Shown one piece after another: positions 1-11,900 of a stretch of 64,000 nucleotides of DNA. A program made the translations under genes and the position numbers. The stretch lies in contig OZ059896.1 of assembly GCA_964057225.1 (NCBI GenBank), forward strand, positions 4,216,001 through 4,280,000, written 5' to 3'. Numbering within the stretch: position 1 is the first letter of the stretch; every line of letters starts with the position of its first letter. Source of the stretch: Auanema rhodensis. Its lineage: Eukaryota > Animalia > Nematoda. The notes under the pieces are model-generated. The model was not told the origin of the DNA. It made no database searches and saw nothing but the letters and a program-made list of their open reading frames with translations.

Positions 1-176
1 ACCAATATCAATAAAAATTTGTTTTTAGACTAATATGGACATGGAGAATCTATTTTTAAAAACCGCATCTCTTTATCTTTCACGTGAAGCGAGTTACATA
101 CCAAGTGCACATCACGTGTACATTTAATTAGCATAAATTAAAGTTCACGTAAATTTCAAACTCATGGTTACCATGC
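1..176. repeat. Representative satellite monomer (176 bp; 55 G+C = 31%; 5 CpG)
   Basis: Counted directly. Contains TTCACGTGAA (79-88), GTGCAC (105-110), ATCACGTG (111-118), TGTACA (117-122), TTCACGTA (144-151) and CATGGTTACCATG (163-175). The phase is arbitrary (window start). Confidence 0.97.
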
Positions 177-3100
177 ACCAATATCAATAAAAATTTGTTT
201 TTAGACTAATATGGACATGGAGAATCTAATTTTGAAAACCGCATCTCTTTATCTTTCACGTGAAGCGAGTTACATACCAAGTGCACATCACGTGTACTTT
301 TAATTAGCATAAATTAAAGTTCACGTAAATTTCAAACTCATGGTTACCATGCACCAATATCAATAAAAATTTGTTTTTAGACTAATATGGACATGGGGAA
401 TCTAATTTTGAAAACCGCATCTCTTATCTTCCACGTGAAGCGAGTTACATACCAAGTGCACATCACGTGTACATTTAATTAGCATAAATTAAAGTTCACG
501 TAAATTTCAAAGTCATGGTTACCATGCACCAATATCAATAAAAATTTGTTTTTAGACTAATATGGACATGGAGAATCTAATTTTGAAAACCGCATCTCTT
601 TATCTTTCACGTGAAGCGAGTTACATACCAAGTGCACATCACGTGTACATTTAATTAGCATAAATTAAAGTTCACGTAAATTTCAAACTCATGGTTACCA
701 TGCACCAATATCAATAAAAATTTGTTTTTAGACTAATATGGACATGGAGAATCTATTTTTAAAAACCGCATCTCTTTATCTTTCACGTGAAGCGAGTTAC
801 ATACCAAGTGCACATCACGTGTACATTTAATTAGCATAAATTAAAGTTCACGTAAATTTCAAACTCATGGTTACCATGCACCAATATCAATAAAAATTTG
901 TTTTTAGACTAATATGGACATGGAGAATCTAATTTTGAAAACCGCATCTCTTTATCTTTCACGTGAAGCGAGTTACATACCAAGTGCACATCACGTGTAC
1001 TTTTAATTAGCATAAATTAAAGTTCACGTAAATTTCAAACTCATGGTTACCATGCACCAATATCAATAAAAATTTGTTTTTAGACTAATATGGACATGGG
1101 GAATCTAATTTTGGAAACCGCATCTCTTATCTTCCACGTGAAGCGAGTTACATACCAAGTGCACATCACGTGTACATTTAATTAGCATAAATTAAAGTTC
1201 ACGTAATTTTCAAAGTCATGGTTACCATGAACCAATATCAATGAATATTTGTTTTTAGACTAATATGGACATGGGGAATCTAATTTTGAAAACCGCATCT
1301 ATTTATCTTTCACGCGAAGCGAGTTACATACCAAGTGCACATCACGTGTACATTTAATTAGCATAAAGTAAAGTTCACGTAAATTTCAAACTCATGGTTA
1401 CCATGCACCAATATCAATAAAAATTTGTTTTTAGACTAATATGGACATGGAGAATCTAATTTTGAAAACCGCATCTCTTTATCTTTCACGTGAAGCGAGT
1501 TACATACCAAGTGCACATCACGTGTACATTTAATTAGCATAAATTAAAGTTCACGTAAATTTCAAACTCATGGTTACCATGCACCAATATCAATAAAAAT
1601 TTGTTCTTAGACTAATATGGACATGGGGAATCTAATTTTGAAAACCGCATCTCTTTATCTTTCACGTGAAGCGAGTTACATACCAAGTGCACATCACGTG
1701 TACATTTAATTAGCATAAATTAAAGTTCACGTAATTTTCAAAGTCATGGTTACCATGAACCAATATCAATGAATATTTGTTTTTAGACTAATATGGACAT
1801 GGGGAATCTAATTTTGAAAACCGCATCTCTTTATCTTTCACGCGAAGCGAGTTACATACCAAGTGCACATCACGTGTACATTTAATTAGCATAAAGTAAA
1901 GTTCACGTAAATTTCAAACTCATGGTTACCATGCACCAATATCAATAAAAATTTGTTTTTAGACTAATATGGACATGGGGAATCTAATTTTGAAAAACGC
2001 ATCTCTTTATCTTTCACGTGAAGCGAGTTACATACCAAGTGCACATCACGTGTACATTTAATTAGCATAAATTAAAGTTCATGTAAATTTCAAAGTCATG
2101 GTTACCATGCACCAATATCAATAAAATTTTGTTTTTAGACTAATATGGACATGGGGAATCTAATTTTGAAAACCGCATCTCTTTATCTTTTACGTGAAGC
2201 GAGTTACAAACCAAGTGCACATCACGTGTACATTTAATTAGCATAAATTAAAGTTCACGTAAATTTCAAACTCATGGTTACCATGCACCAATATCAATAA
2301 AAATTTGTTTTTAGACTAATATGGACATGGAGAATCTAATTTTGAAAACCGCATCTCTTTATCTTTCACGTGAAGCGAGTTACATACCAAGTGCACATCA
2401 CGTGTACATTTAATTAGCATAAATTAAAGTTCACGTAAATTTCAAAGTCATGGTTACCATGCACCAATATCAATAAAATTTTGTTTTTAGACTAATATGG
2501 ACATGGGGAATCTAATTTTGAAAACCGCATCTCTTTATCTTTCACGTGAAGCGAGTTACATACCAAGTGCACATCACGTGAACATTTAATTAGCATAAAT
2601 TAAAGTTCACGTAAATTTCAAACTCATGGTTACCATGCACCAATATCAATAAAAATTTGTTTTTAGACTAATATGGACATGGAGAATCTAATTTTAAAAA
2701 CCGCATCTCTTTATCTTTCACGTGAAGCGAGTTACATACCAAGTGCACATCACGTGTACATTTAATTAGCATAAATTAAAGTTCACGTAAATTTCAAAGT
2801 CATGGTTACCATGCACCAATATCAATAAAATTTTGTTTTTAGACTAATATGGACATGGGGAATCTGATTTTGAAAACCGCATCTCTTTATCTTTCACGTG
2901 AAGCGAGTTACATACCAAGTGCACATCACGTGTACATTTAATTAGCATAAATTAAAGTTCACGTAAATTTCAAACTCATGGTTACCATGCACCAATATCA
3001 ATAAAAATTTGTTTTTAGACTAATATGGACATGGAGAATCTAATTTTGAAAACCGCATCTCTTTATCTTTCACGTGAAGCGAGTTACAAACCAAGTGCAC

Positions 3101-6100
3101 ATCACGTGTACATTTAATTAGCATAAATTAAAGTTCACGTAAATTTCAAACTCATGGTTACCATGCACCAATATCAATAAAAATTTGTTTTTAGACTAAT
3201 ATGGACATGGAGAATCTAATTTTGAAAACCGCATCTCTTTATCTTTCACGTGAAGCGAGTTACATACCAAGTGCACATCACGTGTACATTTAATTAGCAT
3301 AAATTAAAGTTCACGTAAATTTCAAAGTCATGGTTACCATGCACCAATATCAATAAAATTTTGTTTTTAGACTAATATGGACATGGGGAATCTAATTTTG
3401 AAAACCGCATCTCTTTATCTTTCACGTGAAGCGAGTTACATACCAAGTGCACATCACGTGTACATTTAATTAGCATAAATTAAAGTTCACGTAAATTTCA
3501 AACTCATGGTTACCATGCACCAATATCAATAAAAATTTGTTTTTAGACTAATATGGACATGGAGAATCTAATTTTAAAAACCGCATCTCTTTAGCTTTCA
3601 CGTGAAGCGAGTTACATACCAAGTGCACATCACGTGTACATTTAATTAGCATAAATTAAAGTTCACGTAAATTTCAAAGTCATGGTTACCATGCACCAAT
3701 ATCAATAAAATTTTGTTTTTAGACTAATATGGACATGGGGAATCTAATTTTGAAAACCGCATCTCTTTATCTTTCACGTGAAGCGAGTTACATACCAAGT
3801 GCACATCACGTGTACATTTAATTAGCATAAATTAAAGTTCACGTAAATTTCAAAGTCATGGTTACCATGCACCAATATCAATAAAATTTTGTTTTTAGAC
3901 TAATATGGACATGGAGAATCCATTTTTAAAAACCGCATCTCTTATCTTCCACGTGAAGCGAGTTACATACCAAGTGCACATCACGTGTACATTTAATTAG
4001 CATAAATTAAAGTTCACGTAATTTTCAAAGTCATGGTTACCATGAACCAATATCAATGAATATTTGTTTTTAGACTAATATGGACATGGGGAATCTAATT
4101 TTGAAAACCGCATCTATTTATCTTTCACGCGAAGCGAGTTACATACCAAGTGCACATCACGTGTACATTTAATTAGCATAAAGTAAAGTTCACGTAAATT
4201 TCAAACTCATGGTTACCATGCACCAATATCAATAAAAATTTGTTTTTAGACTAATATGGACATGGGGAATCTAATTTTGAAAAACGCATCTCTTTATCTT
4301 TCACGTGAAGCGAGTTACATACCAAGTGCACATCACGTGTACATTTAATTAGCATAAATTAAAGTTCACGTAAATTTCAAAGTCATGGTTACCATGCACC
4401 AATATCAATAAAATTTTGTTTTTAGACTAATATGGTCATGGGGAATCTAATTTTGAAAACCGCATCTCTTTATCTTTCACGTGAAGCGAGTTACATACCA
4501 AGTGCACATCACGTGTACATTTAATTAGCATAAATTAAAGTTCACGTAAATTTCAAACTCATGGTTACCATGCACCAATATCAATAAAATTTTGTTTTTA
4601 GACTAATATGGACATGGGGAATCTAATTTTGAAAACCGCATCTCTTTATCTTTCACGTGAAGCGAGTCACATACCAAGTGCACATCACGTGTACATTTAA
4701 TTAGCATAAATTAAAGTTCACGTAAATTTCAAAGTCATGGTTACCATGCACCAATATCAATAAAAATTTGTTTTTAGACTAATATGGACATGGAGAATCC
4801 ATTTTTAAAAACCGCATCTCTTTATCTTCCACGTGAAGCGAGTTACATACCAAGTGCACATCACGTGTACATTTAATTAGCATAAATTAAAGTTCACGTA
4901 AATTTCAAACTCATGGTTACCATGCACCAATATCAATAAAAATTTGTTTTCAAACTAATATGGACATGGGGATTCTAATTTTGAAAACCGCATCTCTTTA
5001 TCTTTCACGTGAAGCGAGTTACATACCAAGTGCACATCACGTGTACATTTAATTAGCATAAATTAAAGTTCACGTAAAATTCAAAGTCATGGTTACCATG
5101 CACCAATATCAATAAAATTTTGTTTTTAGACTAATATGGACATGGGGAATCTAATTTTGAAAACCGCATCTTTTTATCTTTCACGTGAAGCGAGTTACAT
5201 ACCAAGTGCACATCACGTGTACATTTAATTAGCATAAATTAAAGTTCACGTAAATTTCAAAGTCATGGTTACCATGCACCAATATCAATAAAATTTTGTT
5301 TTTAGACTAATATGGACATGGGGAATCTAATTTTGAAAACCGCATCTCTTTATCTTTCACGTGAAGCGAGTTACATACCAAGTGCACATCACGTGTACAT
5401 TTAATTAGCATAAATTAAAGTTCACGTAAATTTCAAACTCATGGTTACCATGCACCAATATCAATAAAAATTTGTTTTTAGACTAATATGGACATGGAGA
5501 ATCTAATTTTAAAAACCGCATCTCTTTATCTTTCACGTGAAGCGAGTTACATACCAAGTGCACATCACGTGTACATTTAATTAGCATAAATTAAAGTTCA
5601 CGTAAATTTCAAACTCATGGTTACCATGCACCAATATCAATAAAAATTTGTTTTTAGACTAATATGGACATGGAGAATCTATTTTTAAAAACCGCATCTC
5701 TTTATCTTTCACGTGAAGCGAGTTACATACCAAGTGCACATCACGTGTACATTTAATTAGCATAAATTAAAGTTCACGTAAATTTCAAACTCATGGTTAC
5801 CATGCACCAATATCAATAAAAATTTGTTTTTAGACTAATATGGACATGGGGAATCTAATTTTGAAAACCGCATCTCTTATCTTCCACGTGAAGCGAGTTA
5901 CATACCAAGTGCACATTACGTTTACATTTAATTAGCATAAATTAAAGTTCACGTAATTTTCAAAGTCATGGTTACCATGAACCAATATCAATGAATATTT
6001 GTTTTTAGACTAATATGGACATGGGGAATCTAATTGTGAAAACCGCATCTCTTTATCTTTCACGTGAAGCGAGTTACATACCAAGTGCACATCACGTGTA

Positions 6101-6684
6101 CATTTAATTAACATAAATTAAAGTTCACGTAAATTTCAAACTCATGGTTACCATGCACCAATATCAATAAAATTTTGTTTTTAGACTAATATGGACATGG
6201 GGAATCTAATTTTGAAAACCGCATCTCTTTATCTTTCACGTGAAGCGAGTTACATACCAAGTGCACATCACGTGTACATTTAATTAGCATAAATTAAAGT
6301 TCACGTAAATTTCAAAGTCATGGTTACCATGCACCAATATCAATTAAAATTTGTTTTTAGACTAATATGGACATGGAGAATCCATTTTTAAAAACCGCAT
6401 CTCTTTATCTTCCACGTGAAGCGAGTTACATACCAAGTGCACATCACGTGTACATTTAATTAGCATAAATTAAAGTTCACGTAAATTTCAAACTCATGGT
6501 TACCATGCACCAATATCAATAAAAATTTGTTTTCAAACTAATATGGACATGGGGATTATAATTTTGAAAACCGCATCTCTTTATCTTTCACGTGAAGCGA
6601 GTTACATACCAAGTGCACATCACGTGTACATTTAATTAGCATAAATTAAAGTTCACGTAAATTTCAAAGTCATGGTTACCATGA
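1..6684. repeat. Array domain A: mixed monomer types including the D-E-F cassette (D = 175-bp monomer)
   Basis: D (CTCTTATCTTCCACG, 1-bp deletion) at 353, 1056, 3871, 5806. E or E-like (ATGAATATTT, CACGCG, AAAGTAAAG) at 1231, 1759, 4046. F (AAAACGC) at 1935, 4222. Confidence 0.8.
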
Positions 6685-8444
6685 ACCAATATCAATAAAA
6701 ATTTGTTTTTAGACTAATATGGACATGGGGAATCTAATTTTGAAAACCGCATCTCTTTATCTTTCAAGTGAAGCGAGTTACATACCAAGTGCACATCACG
6801 TGTACATTTAATTAGCATAAATTAAAGTTCACGTAAATTTCAAATTCATGGTTACCATGAACCAATATCAATAAAAATTTGTTTTCAAACTAATATGGAC
6901 ATGGGGATTCTAATTTTGAAAACCGCATCTCTTTATCTTTCACGTGAAGCGACTTACATACCTAGTGCACATCACGTGTACATTTAATTAGCATAAATTA
7001 AAGTTCACGTAAATTTCAAAGTCATGGTTACCATGAACCAATATCAATAAAAATTTGTTTTTAGACTAATTTGGACATGGGGAATCTAATTTTGAAAACC
7101 GCATCTCTTTATCTTTCAAGTGAAGCGAGTTACATACCAAGTGCACATCACGTGTACATTTAATTAGCATAAATTAAAGTTCACGTAAATTTCAAAGTCA
7201 TGGTTACCATGAACCAATATCAATAAAAATTTGTTTTTAAACTAATATGGACATGGGGAATCTAATTTTGAAAACCGCATCTCTTTATCTTTCACGTGAA
7301 GCGAGTTACATACCTAGTGCACATCACGTGTACATTTAATTAGCATAAATTAAAGTTCACGTAAATTTCAAAGTCATGGTTACCATGAACCAATATCAAT
7401 AAAAATTTGTTTTTAGACTAATTCGGACATGGGGAATCTAATTTTGAAAACCGCATCTCTTTATCTTTCAAGTGAAGCGAGTTACATACCAAGTGCACAT
7501 CACGTGTACATTTAATTAGCATAAATTAAAGTTCACGTAAATTTCAAAGTCATGGTTACCATGAACCAATATCAATAAAAATTTGTTTTTAAACTAATAT
7601 GGACATGGGGAATCTAATTTTGAAAACCGCATCTCTTCATCTTTCACGTGAAGCGAGTTACATACCTAGTGCACATCACGTGTACATTTAATTAGCATAA
7701 ATTAAAGTTCACGTAAATTTCAAAGTCATGGTTACCATGAACCAATATCAATAAAAATTTGTTTTTAAACTAATATGGACATGGGGAATCTAATTTTTAA
7801 AACCGCATTTCTTTATCTTTCAAGTGAAGCGAGTTACATACCAAGTGCACATCACGTGTACATTTAATTAGCATAAATTAAAGTTCACGTAAATTTCAAA
7901 GTCATGGTTACCATGAACCAATATCAATAAAAATTTGTTTTCAAACTAATATGGACATGGGGATTCTAATTTTGAAAACCGCATCTCTTTATCTTTCACG
8001 TGAAGCGAGTTACATACCTAGTGCACATCACGTGTACATTTAATTAGCATAAATTAAAGTTCACGTAAATTTCAAAGTCATGGTTACCATGAACCAATAT
8101 CAATAAAAATTTGTTTTTAAACTAATATGGACATGGGGAATCTAATTTTTAAAACCGCATTTCTTTATCTTTCAAGTGAAGCGAGTTACATACCAAGTGC
8201 ACATCACGTGTACATTTAATTAGCATAAATTAAAGTTCACGTAAATTTCAAAGTCATGGTTACCATGAACCAATATCAATAAAAATTTGTTTTTAAACTA
8301 ATATGGACATGGGGAATCTAATTTTGAAAACCGCATCTCTTCATCTTTCACGTGAAGCGAGTTACATACCTAGTGCACATCACGTGTACATTTAATTAGC
8401 ATAAATTAAAGTTCACGTAAATTTCAAAGTCATGGTTACCATGA
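6685..8444. repeat. 352-bp dimeric HOR, 5 copies
   Basis: Strict alternation of TTCAAGTG monomers (6685, 7037, 7389, 7741, 8093) and CCTAG monomers (6861, 7213, 7565, 7917, 8269). Confidence 0.85.
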
Positions 8445-8972
8445 ACCAATATCAATAAAAATTTGTTTTTAGACTAATAGGGACATGGGGAATCTAATTT
8501 TGAAAACCGCATCTCTTTATCTTTCACGTGAAGCGAGTTACATATAAAGTGCACATCACGTGTACATTTAATTAGCATAAATTAAAGTTCACGTAAATTT
8601 CAAAGTCATGGTTACCATGCACCAATATTAATAAAAATTTGTTTTTAGACTAATATGGACATGGGGAATCTAATTTTGAAAACCGCATCTCTTTATCTTT
8701 CACGTGAAGCGAGTTACATACCAAGTGCACATCACGTGTACATTTAATTAGCATAAATTAAAGTTCACGTAAATTTCAAAGTCATGGTTACCATGCACCA
8801 ATATCGATAAAAATTTGTTTTTAGACTAATATGGACATGGGGAATCTAATTTTGAAAACCGCATCTCTTTATCTTTCACGTGAAGCGAGTTACATACCAA
8901 GTGCACATCACGTGTACATTTAATTAGCATAAATTAAAGTTCATGTAAATTTCAAAGTCATGGTTACCATGC

Positions 8973-11900
8973 ACCAATATCAATAAAAGTTTGTTTTTAG
9001 ACTAATATGGACATGGGGAATCTAATTTTGAGAACCGCATCTCTTTATCTTTCACGTGAAGCGAGTTACATATAAAGTGCACATCACGTGTACATTTAAT
9101 TAGCATAAATTAAAGTTCACGTAAGTTTCAAAGTCATGGTTACCATGAACCAATATCAATAAAAATTTGTTTTTAGACTAATATGGACATGGGGAATCTA
9201 ATTTTGAAAACCGCATCTCTTTATCTTTCACGTGAAGCGAGTTACATACCAAGTGCACATCACGTGTACATTTAATTAGCATAAATTAAAGTTCACGTAA
9301 ATTTCAAAGTCATGGTTACCATGAACCAATATCAATAAAAATTTGTTTTTAAACTAATATGGACATGGGGAATCTAATTTTTAAAACCGCATTTCTTTAT
9401 CTTTCAAGTGAAGCGAGTTACATACCAAGTGCACATCACGTGTACATTTAATTAGCATAAATTAAAGTTCACGTAAATTTCAAAGTCATGGTTACCATGA
9501 ACCAATATCAATAAAAATTTGTTTTCAAACTAATATGGACATGGGGATTCTAATTTTGAAAACCGCATCTCTTTATCTTTCACGTGAAGCGAGTTACATA
9601 CCTAGTGCACATCACGTGTACATTTAATTAGCATAAATTAAAGTTCACGTAAATTTCAAAGTCATGGTTACCATGAACCAATATCAATAAAAATTTGTTT
9701 TTAGACTAATTTGGACATGGGGAATCTAATTTTGAAAACCGCATCTCTTTATCTTTCAAGTGAAGCGAGTTACATACCAAGTGCACATCACGTGTACATT
9801 TAATTAGCATAAATTAAAGTTCACGTAAATTTCAAAGTCATGGTTACCATGAACCAATATCAATAAAAGTTTGTTTTTAGACTAATATGGACATGGGGAA
9901 TCTAATTTTGAGAACCGCATCTCTTTATCTTTCACGTGAAGCGAGTTACATATAAAGTGCACATCACGTGTACATTTAATTAGCATAAATTAAAGTTCAC
10001 GTAAGTTTCAAAGTCATGGTTACCATGAACCAATATCAATAAAAATTTGTTTTTAGACTAATATGGACATGGGGAATCTAATTTTGAAAACCGCATCTCT
10101 TTATCTTTCACGTGAAGCGAGTTACATACCAAGTGCACATCACGTGTACATTTAATTAGCATAAATTAAAGTTCACGTAAATTTCAAAGTCATGGTTACC
10201 ATGAACCAATATCAATAAAAATTTGTTTTTAAACTAATATGGACATGGGGAATCTAATTTTTAAAACCGCATTTCTTTATCTTTCAAGTGAAGCGAGTTA
10301 CATACCAAGTGCACATCACGTGTACATTTAATTAGCATAAATTAAAGTTCACGTAAATTTCAAAGTCATGGTTACCATGAACCAATATCAATAAAAATTT
10401 GTTTTCAAACTAATATGGACATGGGGATTCTAATTTTGAAAACCGCATCTCTTTATCTTTCACGTGAAGCGAGTTACATACCTAGTGCACATCACGTGTA
10501 CATTTAATTAGCATAAATTAAAGTTCACGTAAATTTCAAAGTCATGGTTACCATGAACCAATATCAATAAAAATTTGTTTTTAGACTAATTTGGACATGG
10601 GGAATCTAATTTTGAAAACCGCATCTCTTTATCTTTCAAGTGAAGCGAGTTACATACCAAGTGCACATCACGTGTACATTTAATTAGCATAAATTAAAGT
10701 TCACGTAAATTTCAAAGTCATGGTTACCATGAACCAATATCAATAAAAATTTGTTTTTAAACTAATATGGACATGGGGAATGTAATTTTGAAAACCGCAT
10801 CTCTTTATCTTTCACGTGAAGCGAGTTACATACCAAGTGCACATCACGTGTACATTTAATTAGCATAAATTAAAGTTCACGTAAATTTCAAACTCATGGT
10901 TACCATGCACCAATATCAATAAAAATTTGTTTTTAGACTAATATGGACATGGAGAATCTAATTTTGAAAACCGCATCTCTTTATCTTTCACGTGAAGCGA
11001 GTTACATACCAAGTGCACATCACGTGTACATTTAATTAGCATAAATTAAAGTTCACGTAAATTTCAAACTCATGGTTACCATGCACCAATATCAATAAAA
11101 ATTTGTTTTTAGACTAATATGGACATGGAGAATCTATTTTTAAAAACCGCATCTCTTTATCTTTCACGTGAAGCGAGTTACATACCAAGTGCACATCACG
11201 TGTACATTTAATTAGCATAAATTAAAGTTCACGTAAATTTCAAAGTCATGGTTACCATGAACCAATATCAATAAAAATTTGTTTTTAGACTAATATGGAC
11301 ATGGGGAATCTAATTTTGAAAACTGCATCTCTTTATCTTTCACGTGAAGCGAGTTACATACCAAGTGCACATCACGTGTACATTTAATTAGCATAAATTA
11401 AAGTTCATGTAAATTTCAAAGTCATGGTTACCATGCACCAATATCAATAAAAGTTTGTTTTTAGACTAATATGGACATGGGGAATCTAATTTTGAGAACC
11501 GCATCTCTTTATCTTTCACGTGAAGCGAGTTACATATAAAGTGCACATCACGTGTACATTTAATTAGCATAAATTAAAGTTCACGTAAGTTTCAAAGTCA
11601 TGGTTACCATGAACCAATATCAATAAAAATTTGTTTTTAGACTAATATGGACATGGGGAATCTAATTTTGAAAACCGCATCTCTTTATCTTTCACGTGAA
11701 GCGAGTTACATACCAAGTGCACATCACGTGTACATTTAATTAGCATAAATTAAAGTTCACGTAAATTTCAAAGTCATGGTTACCATGAACCAATATCAAT
11801 AAAAATTTGTTTTTAAACTAATATGGACATGGGGAATCTAATTTTTAAAACCGCATTTCTTTATCTTTCAAGTGAAGCGAGTTACATACCAAGTGCACAT

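Noticed and set aside
1-176. Identity with known 176-178-bp satellites (Brassica CentBr, Arabidopsis CEN178, honeybee AluI family)
   Set aside because: Only the length matches. The consensus lacks the HindIII (AAGCTT) and AluI (AGCT) sites associated with those families (I saw AGCT only once, near 3593), and I recognise no sequence similarity. A BLAST search is needed for a firm exclusion.
1-176. CENP-B box (NTTCGNNNNANNCGGGN)
   Set aside because: No TTCG...CGGG arrangement on either strand of the consensus.
1-176. Tandem RNA gene array (5S rRNA, tRNA, snRNA, spliced leader) or telomeric repeat
   Set aside because: No recognisable cloverleaf, Pol III internal promoter boxes, 5S sequence or short G-rich telomeric unit; the unit is only 31% GC.
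111-260. Budding-yeast-type point centromere (CDEI-CDEII-CDEIII), given ATCACGTG followed by AT-rich DNA and a later CCG
   Set aside because: The downstream stretch is not a long, extremely AT-rich CDEII (it includes CACG, CATGGTTACCATGCACC and GGACATGG). There is no CDEIII consensus (TGTTT(T/A)TGNTTTCCGAAA), and point centromeres are single-copy.
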